Source: a virus
Taxonomy: Duplodnaviria; Caudoviricetes
Length of the DNA stretch: 36,371 bases
Direction: 5' to 3' (one strand)
IMG/VR virus record: IMGVR_UViG_3300042922_000516
Location: 1 to 36,371 of that record
Numbering within the stretch: the stretch's first letter is position 1; every line of letters starts with the position of its first letter. This document shows, one piece after another, positions 27,679-36,247 of this stretch. Below the pieces are notes generated by a model that worked only from the letters and a program-made list of their open reading frames with translations, was not told the origin of the DNA and made no database searches. A program made the translations under genes and the position numbers.

Positions 27679-27693
27679 GTTGGAGGGGAGTTT

Positions 27694-27897
27694 ATGAATA
27701 AACAAAATACAAATACCGAAAGACATTGGTTCACATGTCCTTGTTGTGGGCAAAAAATATGTCAATTTGCTGATGGAGCTATGTCGTTACAAGTTTTTAT
27801 TAAATGTAAGAAGTGCGGTAATGAAATCGAATTAAGGATAAATATTAGTCATGAGCTAGAAGAACATGAGCATGTAAACGATGCAGCAGCATCTTAA
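27694..27897 (+). CDS. Com-like zinc-ribbon protein
   Basis: W..CP.CG.K........v.IKC.KC..E..L pattern; first lytic gene. Confidence 0.75.
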   Translation: MNKQNTNTERHWFTCPCCGQKICQFADGAMSLQVFIKCKKCGNEIELRINISHELEEHEHVNDAAAS

Positions 27898-27955
27898 ATA
27901 AAATGAATAGTACAAAATCTTTCATACATAGAATTTACTAAAAGGGGGCGGCGGT

Positions 27956-28105
27956 ATGCAGAAGATTAATATAATTAAAAACGCACAGTATGAAAAAGTT
28001 ACTGATTTGATAGCAGAATTATTAATCAAATACCGTCGCGAGATAGAATCCTTGGATATATCAGAGGTTAGCCAAACTAGCACAACTGGCTATAAGTTAG
28101 CCTAA
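27956..28105 (+). CDS. 49-aa hypothetical protein (MQKINIIKNAQYEKVTDLIAELLIKY...), not in ORF track
   Basis: AAGGGGG RBS, ATG, helical sequence. Confidence 0.5.
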   Translation: MQKINIIKNAQYEKVTDLIAELLIKYRREIESLDISEVSQTSTTGYKLA

Positions 28106-28121
28106 ATAAAACTCAATATTA

Positions 28122-28159
28122 TGAGCGTGAGCCCGAGCCTTTGAGCCTGAGCCGAAGCC
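28122..28159 (+). repeat. Six (T/C)GAGC(C/G)-type hexamer repeats
   Basis: TGAGCG TGAGCC CGAGCC tt TGAGCC TGAGCC GAAGCC. Confidence 0.85.
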
Positions 28160-28209
28160 GATTACAGAATTGCTTTTTAGCATTCTTTGTAGTCGGCTTT
28201 TAATTTTTT
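28155..28209 (+). terminator. Early intrinsic terminator overlapping the last repeat
   Basis: AAGCCGATTACA...TGTAGTCGGCTT followed by TTAATTTTTT. Confidence 0.75.
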
Positions 28210-28228
28210 GTAGAAAGGAGGTGCACCT

Positions 28229-28447
28229 GTGGCTAATAGGTATTTGAAAAGCTTAAGAATTTTAAAAGGCTTAATTCAACAAGACATGGCAGATTTACTC
28301 GGAGTTACTATTCAAACATATAACAAAAAGGAAAATGGTAAGGCAGCATTCACAGCAGAAGAATATAAGAACATGGCTGAATTATTTGAAGTTCCTATAG
28401 AAAGTCTTATGACTAAATTTAAAACATCAAATCATAATAGCGCATAA
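28229..28447 (+). CDS. Cro-like XRE HTH protein
   Basis: LKSLR...Q.DMA.LLG.T..TY..KENG...F; AAAGGAGGTG RBS. Confidence 0.88.
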   Translation: MANRYLKSLRILKGLIQQDMADLLGVTIQTYNKKENGKAAFTAEEYKNMAELFEVPIESLMTKFKTSNHNSA

Positions 28448-28496
28448 GTTCAAAGTATTGAATGTAAACGCGAATAAGTAGAAAGGAGAGAGTCAA

Positions 28497-29234
28497 TTGA
28501 ATCAACTACAAAAGATTTTCAATTATAAATATAGACAAGTAAGAACAGTTTTAATTGGTGGAGAACCATGTTTCGTGCTTAGAGACATCTGTGACATTTT
28601 GGAAATTGCAAATTCCCATAATGTAGCAACACGTCTTGATGATGATGAAAAGGGTATCCACTCAATAGACACCCTTGGTGGAAATCAACAAATGACAGTA
28701 ATTAACGAATCAGGCTTATATAACGTTATTTTAAGGTCGGACAAGCTTGAGGCTAAACAATTTAAAAAATGGTTAACATCAGAAGTTCTTCCAAGCATCC
28801 ATAAACACGGCATGTATGCCAAAGATGAACTGCTGGACAATCCTGATTTATTACTTGATATAGTATCAAAGCTAAAAGCAGAAAGAGAAGCCAGATTACT
28901 GCTCGATACTGAGAACAAACTTCTGACTCAACAAACGCTCACCTGGGCAGATAGAAAGGTACTAGATGCACTAATTAAGAAGTGTGGCTCAAAAATAGGC
29001 TTTGAAGCTTCTTGGAGAGAGTTTAAAAAAGAATTGCTTTATGCTCACGGAATAAATCTTACTCTAAGGATAACGAACTACCTTAACAACACCGGTAAGA
29101 AAACAAAGCCTAAGACACTCGATATGATACACAACGAAGAGCTCGCTGCTTGTATAAGCTCAGCAGTTGCATTATGCAGAAACAAGAGTGTCAAGATAGA
29201 TGACATTATCCAGAGATTTAATATACCAGCATAG
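28497..29234 (+). CDS. BRO-N domain antirepressor
   Basis: VRTV...GEP.FV..D.C..L...TLGG.Q....INESGLY.VI..S.K.EAK.FKKW.T.EVLPSI.KHG.Y. Confidence 0.9.
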   Translation: MNQLQKIFNYKYRQVRTVLIGGEPCFVLRDICDILEIANSHNVATRLDDDEKGIHSIDTLGGNQQMTVINESGLYNVILRSDKLEAKQFKKWLTSEVLPSIHKHGMYAKDELLDNPDLLLDIVSKLKAEREARLLLDTENKLLTQQTLTWADRKVLDALIKKCGSKIGFEASWREFKKELLYAHGINLTLRITNYLNNTGKKTKPKTLDMIHNEELAACISSAVALCRNKSVKIDDIIQRFNIPA

Positions 29235-29241
29235 ATTAGTA

Positions 29242-29263
29242 GCGCAACATGAATAAAATGTGA
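29242..29263 (+). other. Candidate cassette site GCGCA-ACATGAATAAAA-TGTGA
   Basis: Intergenic, right arm runs into AGGAG RBS of the next ORF. Confidence 0.55.
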
Positions 29264-29275
29264 AGGAGTGTTTTC

Positions 29276-29467
29276 ATGGAGCATAATGACGGAAGATGCA
29301 AAGGCTGTAAATATGCAAAAACAATGGTCGCTAATGGACAATGGCAATTTGTTGGGTGTACTCACGAACCTCATAAGGGTAAATGGGTTGCTGAAATTAA
29401 ACAGTGTCCTAAACACCTTGAAAAGCTAGAAAAAGCTGAACGAAAAGACCCATTATACAGTTATTAA
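29276..29467 (+). CDS. Small Cys-rich hypothetical protein (putative cassette)
   Basis: CKGC...C...CP; flanked by two sites. Confidence 0.75.
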   Translation: MEHNDGRCKGCKYAKTMVANGQWQFVGCTHEPHKGKWVAEIKQCPKHLEKLEKAERKDPLYSY

Positions 29468-29469
29468 TT

Positions 29470-29491
29470 ACACATCACAAAAATTATGTGA
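29470..29491 (+). other. Candidate cassette site ACACA-TCACAAAAATTA-TGTGA
   Basis: 2 bp after a stop codon, right arm runs into AGGAGG RBS of dnaN. Confidence 0.55.
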
Positions 29492-29503
29492 AGGAGGATG
29501 TAT

Positions 29504-30613
29504 ATGAAAATCAGGGTAAACAGTACTGAATTTTACAAGGCCTTGGCTATCGTTAATAAGGCTGTAAGTTCAAAGATGACCATAGAAATTTTAAGAGGCA
29601 TATTAATTAGCGCAGAAAACAATAATCTTACGCTTACTTCAACTGACTTAGAATTCTCAATATCTACACAAATAGAAGTTGAGGTTATCACTCCGGGGAA
29701 GGTTCTAATTATGGCCGAGAAGCTTGCAAAGTTCTTAAAGCTAATACCTGACACAACTTTAAGTATTGAGCTGCAAGCAGACCACATAAATGTAATAGCA
29801 GATAATCTATATTTGAATTTGCCTAATATGAACACAGATGAATTTCCAGAAATACCAGATCTTGAAATAGATTATCAACTCAAAGTAGCGAAAAAAGCAT
29901 TTAAATCTCTAATAAAGCATACAAGCTTTGCAGCATCAGCAGACCAAATTAGACCAATTTTAATGGGCTCATTAATTAAGGTGAATGAATCTCAAATCAC
30001 AATGGTGGCACTGGATGGGTTTAGAATGGCAGTAAAAGAAGCTCACTGCGATAGCAAACTATCCAACCTCAAAACCGTAGTCAGCAGCAGATTATTAAAG
30101 AAAGTAAGCCAAATAATAAATGATTCTGATGAGTTTATTGATATTGCTTTTTCAGGCAAAAGAATGCGTATTAAAACTGATAAAACAATAATTGATCTTA
30201 GAACAATTGATGGAGAGTTTATAAATTATCAAGAAATACTTCCTAATGATTTTAAAACTATAATCAAAACAGATTCATCAATAATGCTTCAAGCCTGTAA
30301 AAAAGTAGGAATGTTCATTAAGGACAGTGACCCATCAGGGGGTATAGACTTTAGCATTAAAGAGAAGCTATTGGTTTCTTCCCAAACAGAATTCGGGGAT
30401 ATAGGATTTTACCCTCCAGCTATAACAGAAGGAGAACATTTAGAAGTTTGTTGTAGGAAAAAGTATCTAATGGATGGGCTAAAACTTTGTGAAGGACCAG
30501 TTCAAATAAACTTCAACACATCAATTGCACCAGTACTTATTGTAAATGAAGAAATAGGATTTAAGTATTTAGTCTTACCAATTCGCATGAGGAGAAAGAA
30601 GGAGGTCAAATAA
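29504..30613 (+). CDS. dnaN: DNA polymerase III beta sliding clamp, phage-encoded
   Basis: IL.GILI...TSTDLE, RPILMG, VALDGFRMA, G.F.NY...LP, YLVLPIR; about 370 aa. Confidence 0.9.
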   Translation: MKIRVNSTEFYKALAIVNKAVSSKMTIEILRGILISAENNNLTLTSTDLEFSISTQIEVEVITPGKVLIMAEKLAKFLKLIPDTTLSIELQADHINVIADNLYLNLPNMNTDEFPEIPDLEIDYQLKVAKKAFKSLIKHTSFAASADQIRPILMGSLIKVNESQITMVALDGFRMAVKEAHCDSKLSNLKTVVSSRLLKKVSQIINDSDEFIDIAFSGKRMRIKTDKTIIDLRTIDGEFINYQEILPNDFKTIIKTDSSIMLQACKKVGMFIKDSDPSGGIDFSIKEKLLVSSQTEFGDIGFYPPAITEGEHLEVCCRKKYLMDGLKLCEGPVQINFNTSIAPVLIVNEEIGFKYLVLPIRMRRKKEVK

Positions 30614-30813
30614 TGTGGAAATGGCTTAAGAATCTATTTAAACCAAAGACAACAAAATGTAGATCCTGCAAATTTAGACACGGTCGTTATTGTGGAAGGG
30701 CCTTTGTTGCAACTAAATCAGACGTATATAGCCGGCATTACCGTTCTATACACGGCAATAAAATTGTAAGGACAAGCCCTATATGGTGTCCAATAAGGAA
30801 AAGTGTTAAATAG
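30613..30813 (+). CDS. Small basic Cys-containing hypothetical protein
   Basis: GGAGG RBS; CRSC...C...TSP.WCP. Confidence 0.7.
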   Translation: MWKWLKNLFKPKTTKCRSCKFRHGRYCGRAFVATKSDVYSRHYRSIHGNKIVRTSPIWCPIRKSVK

Positions 30814-30901
30814 CAAAGAGTTTTTACAAATTACATAGGAGTTTTTACACATACTTAGTGCTTTTCAACTCCTACAAAAATTAAAAGGAGTGGTACTAGA
30901 T

Positions 30902-31900
30902 ATGTATAAAGAAGAAGCAATTATAAAAATATTAACAAAGGTTATGGAAGACCAACCTAACATTGATCACGAGAATTTAAGAAACACATTGGAGCTGGTA
31001 TTGAACGACTATGAAGTAAAGACTGCAGAAAGAGCATTAACTGTAATGGCAAACATACGAGAAAGAGTATTGATATACCTGGCATCAAAGAAACTAGACG
31101 GACTATCGATGTTGACCTTAAAGGGATATGCGCAGCACCTAAAGAGATTTGCAATGTTTATGCCAAAGAATGTTGAGGATATTGCAGCAATGGATATTAG
31201 GCTTTACTTGGCAGAGTATTCAAAGGGCAAAGACCTAAAGACAGCAACATTACAAACAGAAATATCAATACTACGCAGCTTTTTCTCATGGTTGGAAAAT
31301 CAAGACTATGTACTTAAATCACCTATGAGAAAGATTAATCAGATCAAATCAGAAAAACGCATAGTGAAGTCATTGACAGTTGAGGAATTTGAATCACTTA
31401 GAGAAGCTTGTAAAGAACTTAGGGAAAGAGCGTTAGTAGAAACATTCTACGCAACTGGTAGCCGTTTATCTGAAATATCTGGAATGAATAAAGATGATAT
31501 AAATTGGCAGAACATGAGTGCGAGAGTTATAGGCAAGGGTAACAAAGAGCGTATTGTTTACTTTAGCTACAAAGCCTTTTATCACCTTAAGAAGTATTTG
31601 AACAGCCGCACAGACAATTGTGAAGCTCTATTTGTAACAGAAAGAAAGCCATATACCAGGTTGGGCAATAGAGCAATCCAAAGATCATTCAAGCAGATAG
31701 CAGCAAGAACAAACTTGAAGAAGAATATACATCCGCACATCATGCGTCATACTTTTGCGACATTAGCTTTAGACAACGGCGCAAATCTTGCAGATGTACA
31801 AGCTCTACTAGGGCACGAGGACCCAGCAACTACACAGATTTATGCTACTGTAACTGAACAGCGTAAGCAGGAAGCATATAAAAAGCACCATGCACAGTAA
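30902..31900 (+). CDS. Full-length XerC/D-like tyrosine recombinase
   Basis: SAM-like N-domain (GLS..TL.GY...L..F), TGSRLSE, GKGNKER, HPHIMRHTFAT, LLGH, TTQIY. Confidence 0.93.
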   Translation: MYKEEAIIKILTKVMEDQPNIDHENLRNTLELVLNDYEVKTAERALTVMANIRERVLIYLASKKLDGLSMLTLKGYAQHLKRFAMFMPKNVEDIAAMDIRLYLAEYSKGKDLKTATLQTEISILRSFFSWLENQDYVLKSPMRKINQIKSEKRIVKSLTVEEFESLREACKELRERALVETFYATGSRLSEISGMNKDDINWQNMSARVIGKGNKERIVYFSYKAFYHLKKYLNSRTDNCEALFVTERKPYTRLGNRAIQRSFKQIAARTNLKKNIHPHIMRHTFATLALDNGANLADVQALLGHEDPATTQIYATVTEQRKQEAYKKHHAQ

Positions 31901-31919
31901 AACTAAGGGAGGTCAAATT

Positions 31920-32291
31920 ATGAATAATTACATATCAAGACAAAAGGTCATAATCATTTGCCTGATGATGGCAATAGTAGTACTTATGGGAGTTATGGCA
32001 ATGATGCAGTTTAAAGTAGAGAAGCTACAAGAGCAGTTATTAACAGAGCAAGTTCCTAAGCTAATAGTCGGTGATTTTACCATTATTCAATACACTGAAG
32101 CAGGTTGGATAAACCCAATCTATATTTCAGAATACTTTTTAGATGGACAAGTCCTAATGTATTTAGAAAAGGACAGCTCAAGATATAAACCAATGAAATT
32201 TGAAGGATTAAGGTTTATAGATGGCTGGCTTGGAGATGACGAAATGATGAAGTATGGTTACTGGATTTCTGATGACCTTGGACTAAATTAA
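31920..32291 (+). CDS. Hypothetical membrane-anchored protein
   Basis: GGGAGG RBS; N-terminal TM. Confidence 0.7.
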   Translation: MNNYISRQKVIIICLMMAIVVLMGVMAMMQFKVEKLQEQLLTEQVPKLIVGDFTIIQYTEAGWINPIYISEYFLDGQVLMYLEKDSSRYKPMKFEGLRFIDGWLGDDEMMKYGYWISDDLGLN

Positions 32292-32312
32292 TAAAGAAAG
32301 AGAGTGATATAA

Positions 32313-32492
32313 ATGGCAGATGCAGATGCAATAGTTCTAGTTAGAGCATTTATGCTTACAATTGCAAAATCAAAGGTTAGTGTATCAACCTTTGAAAAGT
32401 TTCAAGATGGATGTTTGGCAGTAATTGAGGAGCTTAAATCAATGGACAAGCCTATGGAAGGAGCTGTTGATTATGCTACTTCAGAAGATTGA
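32313..32492 (+). CDS. 59-aa hypothetical protein, not in ORF track
   Basis: AAAGAGAG RBS; MADADAIVLVRAFML... Confidence 0.55.
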   Translation: MADADAIVLVRAFMLTIAKSKVSVSTFEKFQDGCLAVIEELKSMDKPMEGAVDYATSED

Positions 32493-32571
32493 ATATATTC
32501 TATTCTACGGCATAATGTTATCGATTGCTGTGAGTTTATGGTTTTTAGTATGGATATTACTAGCAAATTAA
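32473..32571 (+). CDS. 32-aa hydrophobic peptide, not in ORF track
   Basis: AAGGAG RBS; MLLQKIEYILFYGIMLSIAVSLWFLVWILLAN. Confidence 0.5.
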   Translation: MLLQKIEYILFYGIMLSIAVSLWFLVWILLAN

Positions 32572-32584
32572 GGGAGTGGAGGTC

Positions 32585-32731
32585 ATGTCTAAGAAGAATA
32601 AGTGTAGAAATAAAGGCAAAGCAGTTCTTGTACACATAGATAGGCGCAAGATTGAAACCATGAGTCCAGGTATATTGGTTGCAGTTGCAGAATGGAAAAG
32701 TCCAATAAAAAAAGCCACAGCGCAAGGCTAG
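32585..32731 (+). CDS. 48-aa basic hypothetical protein, not in ORF track
   Basis: GGAG/GGAGG RBS; MSKKNKCRNKGK... Confidence 0.45.
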   Translation: MSKKNKCRNKGKAVLVHIDRRKIETMSPGILVAVAEWKSPIKKATAQG

Positions 32732-32832
32732 ATGGCCGACTAAAAAACAACACAATTTATTATAACTTAATACTATATATATTTCAAATAAAACAAAGGT
32801 GGCTACTAAGCCAATCTTCAAAGGGAGGTGAT

Positions 32833-33762
32833 ATGGTGGCAAGGCCAAAGAAACAAACTGTAGAGTATTTCCCTCATTTTGTTGCAAGTGGAAAGACCCT
32901 ATATATATTAGAACAGGCTTATGGAAATGATGGTTATGCATTTTGGTTTAAGATACTAGAGTTGCTTGGTTCTACAGATGGACATTCTTATGATTGCAAA
33001 AGTACACCTGCATGGAAATTTCTACTAGCTAAAACTAAAGTAAATGAGGATGTTGCAAACATGATGTTAGATATGCTAGCAGAATTAGAAGCAATAGATC
33101 GGCAAATGTGGACTGAAAAAATTATATGGTGTGATAAGTTTGTTGAGAATTTATTGCCATTATACACAAATAGAAAAAGTTCTTTACCTCATAAACCAGT
33201 TTCTACTAGTAGAAATATCAACACAGGTGAGTTTCTACTAGTAGAAACCCCTCCGAGCGAGGTTTCTACTCATAAAAACACACAAAGTAAAGTAGAGGAA
33301 AGTAAAGTAGAGGAAAGTAAAGTAGAAGAAGTAGATATAACTGCTACTACTGAAGAAGCTCTTCCAGACTATATAAAAATTTTAGAACACTTTAATGATA
33401 GAGCTAATAAGATTCAAAATTCAACTAAGGAAATAGAACTATCAAGAAAGCTTATTAGCGATGGAATATCAGTAAAAATTGCTATTTTAGGAATAGATGA
33501 AGCTTTCACAAATTATAAACCTGATGGAAACCACAATAAAATTAGTACACTTATTTATTGTGAGGGAAAGATCAGAGATCTGTGGAAAGCTGAACAGGAG
33601 GTGCAAGATGGTGGAAAAGTTACAGATACCAGCAATAGAAACAATTCCAGACTTTCAAATCAGAATAAAAAAACTAATGCAAGACAGCAAGAGCAGTTCG
33701 ACACCAGCAAAATTGGATATAAGTCAACTGGAGAAAAAATCGACGACAGCGATCTGCTCTGA
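32833..33762 (+). CDS. Replication initiator (DUF4373/Lin1244-like N-terminus)
   Basis: MVARPKKQTVEYFPH...G..GYAFWFKILE; GGGAGGTG RBS; internal iterons. Confidence 0.85.
   Translation: MVARPKKQTVEYFPHFVASGKTLYILEQAYGNDGYAFWFKILELLGSTDGHSYDCKSTPAWKFLLAKTKVNEDVANMMLDMLAELEAIDRQMWTEKIIWCDKFVENLLPLYTNRKSSLPHKPVSTSRNINTGEFLLVETPPSEVSTHKNTQSKVEESKVEESKVEEVDITATTEEALPDYIKILEHFNDRANKIQNSTKEIELSRKLISDGISVKIAILGIDEAFTNYKPDGNHNKISTLIYCEGKIRDLWKAEQEVQDGGKVTDTSNRNNSRLSNQNKKTNARQQEQFDTSKIGYKSTGEKIDDSDLL
33199..33328. repeat. Replication origin: palindromic iterons plus purine-rich 15-bp repeats
   Basis: GTTTCTACTAGTAGAAA(T/C) at 33199 and 33231, degenerate copy at 33262; AAAGTAAAGTAGA(G/A)G x3 at 33284-33328. 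Confidence 0.8.
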
Positions 33763-34408
33763 TTGTAATGATGGATGGATAGAATACATAGATATAAATG
33801 GCTATAAGAGAGTTAAAGAATGCAAATGTCACGCCGCATTGGAGACAATGAAACTTTTTGAAAGATCAGGAATAAGCCGTTTTGGTTTTAAAGACTATGA
33901 TGCTTACAATGGGCAATTGATAATAGCAAAAGAGTCTGCAATACATTATACAAAACAATTTAATGAAATTAGAAATGATAAGTATAATAGCATTGCTTTA
34001 CTTGGGCAACCAGGTTCAGGTAAAACACATCTTGGAAGTGCAATAAGCAATAATCTTATGACTCAAGGGATACCGGTTGTATATGCACTATATACCGAGT
34101 TAATACCAAAACTTAAGCAGTCCTATATGGACTTTGAAAACTATAACAAGGAACTCGGAAGACTAAAAAATGCAGCTGTTTTGTTTCTAGATGATTTATT
34201 TAAGGAGTACTCAGATGCAGATATAAAATATGTATTTGAAGTGGTAAATCATAGAAATACTAAACGCCTACCAATGATAATCAGCAGTGAAAAGACAATG
34301 AATGAGATTCTTAACATTGATGTTGGTACAGGAAGAAGGATATTAGAAATGTGTAAGAATCATACCGTTGAGCTGATAGGAAGGGAATTAAATTACAGCT
34401 TAAAATAG
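33608..34408 (+). CDS. DnaC/IstB-like helicase loader ATPase
   Basis: CSDC...CKC Zn motif, GQPGSGKTHL, LFLDDL, IISS; GGAGGTG RBS before ATG 33608. Confidence 0.9.
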   Translation: MVEKLQIPAIETIPDFQIRIKKLMQDSKSSSTPAKLDISQLEKKSTTAICSDCNDGWIEYIDINGYKRVKECKCHAALETMKLFERSGISRFGFKDYDAYNGQLIIAKESAIHYTKQFNEIRNDKYNSIALLGQPGSGKTHLGSAISNNLMTQGIPVVYALYTELIPKLKQSYMDFENYNKELGRLKNAAVLFLDDLFKEYSDADIKYVFEVVNHRNTKRLPMIISSEKTMNEILNIDVGTGRRILEMCKNHTVELIGRELNYSLK

Positions 34409-34466
34409 CAGAGGAAATATGAGCAAGTTTAGAACAAATGAACATAAAGTGAAGGAGCTGGTTTCA

Positions 34467-34697
34467 ATGAAAAATACACTGGGTGATTTAAACAACCATT
34501 TATTTGCTCAATTAGAGAGACTTAGTGACGAAGACTTAAAAGGCGAAGAACTTCAAGAAGAAATTAGTAGGGCAAAAACAATAAATTCAGTTGCAGCACA
34601 AATTATTTCTAATGGATCATTAGTTCTTGAAGCTAAAAAGTTGATGGATGACAAAATAAATACTGATGATAAATTACCGAAAATGTTGGAGGGGTAA
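34467..34697 (+). CDS. Conserved phage hypothetical protein
   Basis: MKNTLGDLNNHLFAQLERL; AAGGAG RBS. Confidence 0.8.
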   Translation: MKNTLGDLNNHLFAQLERLSDEDLKGEELQEEISRAKTINSVAAQIISNGSLVLEAKKLMDDKINTDDKLPKMLEG

Positions 34698-34699
34698 AC

Positions 34700-35287
34700 A
34701 TGCCTCACAAATATACGGAAGCACAAGCGAAATTCATTGCAGAAAATGTAACAGGTACTTTTCAAAAGGATTTAACACTAATGTTCAATAACCATTTTGG
34801 ATTAAGTCTGAAAGTTACTCAAATCAGAGCATTTATTAAAAATCATGGTTTGAAAAGTGGGTTAGATTGCAGGATAAAGCCAGGCAACGTGCCATTCAAT
34901 AAGGGTATAAAAGGTATGGGTGGCTGGGAACCTACGCAATTCAAAAAGGGAAACAGACCTGTCAATTATCGTCCTATAGGTAGTGAGCGTGTCAATGTTG
35001 ATGATTACGTGGAAGTCAAAATAGCTGATCCAAATAAATGGAGAGGCAAGCATATCGTAGTTTGGGAACAGCATAATGGACCTTTATCCAAAGGATATGC
35101 AGTGATATTCGGTGATGGAGATAGACGCAATTTTGAACTAAATAATCTAATCCGTGTATCCAGGCAGCAGTTATTAATATTGAATAAAAATAAGTTGATA
35201 CAAAACAATGCAGATTTAACTAGGACTGGAGTCATTATAGCAGATCTGTATCAAAAAATAAGCAAAAGAAAAGTTAAGACTAAGTAA
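34700..35287 (+). CDS. HNH-like endonuclease domain protein
   Basis: FKKG..P.N..PIGSER...W..KH..VWE.H.GP...VIF.DG...N....NL. Confidence 0.8.
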   Translation: MPHKYTEAQAKFIAENVTGTFQKDLTLMFNNHFGLSLKVTQIRAFIKNHGLKSGLDCRIKPGNVPFNKGIKGMGGWEPTQFKKGNRPVNYRPIGSERVNVDDYVEVKIADPNKWRGKHIVVWEQHNGPLSKGYAVIFGDGDRRNFELNNLIRVSRQQLLILNKNKLIQNNADLTRTGVIIADLYQKISKRKVKTK

Positions 35288-35315
35288 CATACATTAATTA
35301 GAAAGCGAGATTAAT

Positions 35316-35777
35316 ATGAAATACCTAAATAAACAGATAAAAGAAGATGTCATAATAATCGATGTTCTCTGCAACTATATGAGTGAAGCTCTTGCAAGAT
35401 GGGAACAAGCAAAATCTATGCAGGGAGAAAAGAAGTTCATTCAAAGGATAAAACAATCTAGAACATTGATATATAACAACCTATCTGAATTTTTAGCACA
35501 GTTTACACCTGAGGAAGTGCTGCAAGTGATGAATAAGAAATCACAGAATGAAATCTTTATATTGCCTAAGAGTGATATAAAAATGAAAACCGAAACCGAA
35601 GTCACAAAAAAATATATAACAGGTGAACAAGCTATGGAAATTAGCGAGGGTATAATAGAAGGCTTTTGTAAGAAATGCACCTGTAAAGATTTTATACAGT
35701 GTACTAAAAGAGGCTTGATGCTGGAATGGCTTATTCCAGGACTAGAAGAAACAGAGGGATGCCAATATAAATATTAG
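35316..35777 (+). CDS. Hypothetical protein with C-terminal Cys cluster
   Basis: ORF in early operon; CKKC...C...C. Confidence 0.75.
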   Translation: MKYLNKQIKEDVIIIDVLCNYMSEALARWEQAKSMQGEKKFIQRIKQSRTLIYNNLSEFLAQFTPEEVLQVMNKKSQNEIFILPKSDIKMKTETEVTKKYITGEQAMEISEGIIEGFCKKCTCKDFIQCTKRGLMLEWLIPGLEETEGCQYKY

Positions 35778-35787
35778 GGGGTATAGC

Positions 35788-35928
35788 ATGGAATGCAATC
35801 AAAACTGTGACATATGTGCGGTACATGGTGATGATAGATGCTGCAAAGATTGTGCTGACAAATATAAATGCAAAGTAAAGTGTGGATTTCTTAAGAATGA
35901 ATTAGGGGAGGAAAGATTATATGAATAA
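35788..35928 (+). CDS. 46-aa Cys-rich peptide, not in ORF track
   Basis: AGGGGG RBS; MECNQNCDICAVHGDDRCCKDCADKYKCKVKC... Confidence 0.55.
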   Translation: MECNQNCDICAVHGDDRCCKDCADKYKCKVKCGFLKNELGEERLYE

Positions 35929-36247
35929 ATTAGTAATGGAAGCTCATGAAAATGCAGTGGCTCATGGTTGGTGGGAAGAAGATAGAGGATTCGCAGAAAT
36001 TATAGCTTTAATGCATAGTGAATTATCTGAAGCATTAGAAGAATATGGAAATGGTCACGATCCACAAGCTATATATTATTATGCACAAAAAGGAAAGCCT
36101 GAAGGGATACCAATAGAGCTAGCAGATGTAGTAATTAGAATATTTGATGCATGCGGTAGATATGAAATAGACCTAGATGAAGCAGTGAGAATTAAAATGG
36201 AGTACAACAAAACTAGACCATACAAACATGGAGGGAAGAAGATATGA
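35921..36247 (+). CDS. MazG-like nucleotide pyrophosphohydrolase
   Basis: [12 protein letters not shown]...[11 protein letters not shown]...KM.YN..RPYKHG. Confidence 0.88.
   Translation: MNKLVMEAHENAVAHGWWEEDRGFAEIIALMHSELSEALEEYGNGHDPQAIYYYAQKGKPEGIPIELADVVIRIFDACGRYEIDLDEAVRIKMEYNKTRPYKHGGKKI

Larger units (their letters stand above)
1..36244. mobile_element. Complete temperate siphophage genome (circular/excised form), probable Clostridia/Bacillota host
   Basis: Full set of packaging, head, tail, lysis, lysogeny and replication modules; ends overlap by 127 bp; no host genes present. Confidence 0.95.

Noticed and set aside
28122-28159. CRISPR or mini-array
   Set aside because: Units are 6 bp with no spacers; no cas genes or 25-40-bp repeats seen anywhere.
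32471-32941. 156-aa minus-strand ORF and the other short antisense ORFs in the track
   Set aside because: They overlap better-supported plus-strand genes with RBSs and show no motifs.
33284-33328. SKVEE x3 as a functional protein repeat
   Set aside because: Better explained as the purine-rich origin element next to the iterons.
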